NCBI GenBank assembly: GCA_951406725.2
Contig: OX597819.1
Location: 112,344,001-112,408,000 of the forward strand
Direction of reading: 5' to 3'
Source of the DNA: Octopus vulgaris
Taxonomy: Eukaryota
Length of the DNA stretch: 64,000 bases
How positions within the stretch are numbered: the stretch's first letter is position 1; every line of letters begins with the position of its first letter. This document shows positions 61,601-64,000 of this stretch, one piece after another. The notes under the pieces are model-generated. The model made no database searches. It was given only the letters and a program-made list of their open reading frames with translations, and had not been told where the DNA came from. The position numbers and the translations under genes are program-made.

Positions 61601-64000
61601 ATTATTATTATTCATGTCATGGTCGAAATAAATCAGTTGAATAGAAAATATTAATTTGTGTGTATGTATATATGTTATTATATCTTTGTTTTTTTTTGTA
61701 CAATTATAAGGACTCCAGCGGGTCCTTGATGCCCTGCTACAAGTTTGGGTTTTGTCATGGACCCTCAACCAAAAATGTCTTATTCGCTGCCCTATATTGT
61801 GATTCACTGTGACTTTGTGGTTGAAATAAATCAGTTGAATAGAAAATATTAATTTGTGTGTATGTATATATGGATATATATAATTTGTGTGTGCATTTTG
61901 TGTTATTATATCTTTGTGTATGTTTTAAAATGTTGGTGTGTTGTTAAATTATACTCCATTCTTCATTTCGTACGGGGTGACAGAATGTGTGTATTTATGT
62001 AACACACAGTGGGTGTCATTATGTGGGAGCATGTGCCTCCTTATGTACAACTGGGTGGGCGGTTGTTGCTCTTGGAGATACGAGTATGGTAGCTAGGAGT
62101 TTTCTGGAATGGTAACAGCAATGGAAACCGACCTGGACGGCTGGCTAGCTGGATGGATGGATGGATAGATAGAGAGAAGGACAGGGGGAGAAAGAAGGAA
62201 GGAGAGCACAGTGAGAGAGAAAAAAGAAAATTATTGAGAGATAAAGAAAAAGAAATGTTATAGAAAGAAGACAAGAAGACAGCAATGGAGAGCGAGAGAG
62301 AGAAAAAGAGACAGATGGAAAGGCAATGGAGAGAGAGAGAGAGAGGGCAATATAAGAGAACAGGCAATAGAGAGTTAGAAATGAAAATCAAAAGAGAGAA
62401 AGAGGAATTAGAGAGAAGGATGCAATACCGAAGCAAAAAGAGGGTGATGGAGACAGGGTAAGGACAGAGAGTGAAGAAGAAGAAAAGAGAGAGAAGGGGA
62501 TACAGATTGAAAGGAAGAGTGTAAGAGACATAAAATGTAAGAGGAAAGAAAATTATAGTAAAAACAACCAGAGAAAGAAACAAGGAGAGAGAAAGACGGT
62601 GGGTGGCATAATGGAAAGTTGTAGAAATTTTAGTAAATCTGGATATAGAGGCAGTAGAGGAGTGTGCTTGATGTAGGAGTGACACAGCAGATGACACTGT
62701 CTGGTTGTACAATATCCTCTACAGTTAATCACCAGTAAAGTGTGAAGTGCTTTTATTGTAGCAAGTCTCAGCAGGAAAAAATAACGGAGAAAGAAACAAT
62801 AGGTGTTATGTGACACAGCTCAAGCCAGTCAGGGTGCTTCTGTGTGGTCATTCAGCCTGCAAGAAACAGCAGCCAAATCACCTTGAATTCACACTGTACC
62901 ATCTAAAGAGAAAAGATAAACTGCACAATATAGTCACAGATGTACAAAAACGATAGGTTGGTCATGGTTGGCATGGTCTACGTCACTACAGAGAGACATG
63001 AAGTGTAAATTAATTTTGAGCTTACACTTAATTTGAAGTTAGGCAGGTTAATAACGTAGATCACCATTATGATGTCCACTTTCACATACTTGCAATGGTC
63101 AGACGAAATTCATTACGACGGATTCTCTAGAGCCAGATGGTTTTCCTGATGCTTAACACCTGTTTCTAAGTAAACCAAAGTAATATTTCTCCCAAGTGTT
63201 TTGAGAACAAGCAGTGCAAATGGCGAAGTATATTTTCATGGGAGATTACAAACAAATATCATCACTTGTAAGATGAGGATGCTTTTTCACAGTTAGTATT
63301 TCGTGTTAAGACAAAAAGACACAAACACACTTAAACACACACACACACACACATTTTAGACTCAGGTACAACAGTGTGGTTAAGAAGTTCGCTTCTCAAG
63401 TATGTGGCTTCATGTTCAGTCCTGCTGTACAGCAGCTCAGACAAGTGTCTCCTACTGTAGCTCTGGGTTGAACAATGCCTTGTAAGGAAATTTGATAAAG
63501 GGAAACTGAAAGAAGCCTTTGTGTGTGTGTGTGTGTGTGTGTGTGCATATGTATGTATGTGTGTGTGTGTGTGATCATTTTAATGGGTTAGAAAGAACTT
63601 GATGAAGCAGATTTTCTATGGCCAGATGCCCTTTTTGTCACAAAACCACAACTGTTTCCAAGCAAGGTATTATTTCTCCATGGCTGGTCATATTTTTCCA
63701 TGAAGATTGGAAATAAATGACATTACCAGTATGATAGTGATTCCTGGTTACTATCATCATATGATGTTGAAAGAAAAGAACACGCACACACCAATGGAAC
63801 AGGCTTCTTTTAGTTTCTCTCTACTCACAAAGTTTAGGTTGGCCCAGAAGAAGATGCTTGCTTAAGGTACCTCACAGTTGGACAGAACCTAAAACTACAT
63901 GTTTAAGAAACAAGTTCCTTAATGACACAGCCATGTCCATGTATGTATACATGCATGCATGCATGGTTGGGCAGAGTCATATGGTTGTGGAATGGTACAA

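Noticed and set aside
62041-62712. 223-aa hydrophobic ORF
   Set aside because: Reverse complement of a GA-rich low-complexity tract

Overview
Repeat-dense eukaryotic genomic DNA, most likely an octopus or other coleoid cephalopod. That assignment is inferred from the SINE/RTE repeat families and extreme microsatellite content. Almost all ORFs in the supplied track are microsatellite or SINE artefacts, and I recognise no cellular protein-coding gene. The real coding-like sequence comes from transposons: two mariner relics (1640-2421, 12580-13146), a young 5'-truncated R4/Dong-like retrotransposon with a restriction-like endonuclease inserted in a (TAA)n tract (34809-36447), and 3' fragments of RTE, CR1-group and Penelope-like elements. 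Three tRNA-type SINE families, hAT and piggyBac MITEs, minisatellites and several long foldback palindromes fill most of the rest. Splice signals and a CpG-retention gradient suggest the window is largely intronic to a minus-strand transcript. It would start near 58.2 kb, with candidate exons at ~58200-57739, 28400-27612, a 24-nt microexon at 17534-17511 and a 40-nt exon at 4635-4596. The most interesting observations are this candidate transcript, a three-piece locally templated mosaic insertion inside a SINE, degenerate minimal hammerhead ribozyme motifs, LINE-SINE tail sharing and switching, and GGGCTTG-core minisatellites ~0.5 kb upstream of two candidate acceptors. Repeat boundaries were read by eye and are approximate.
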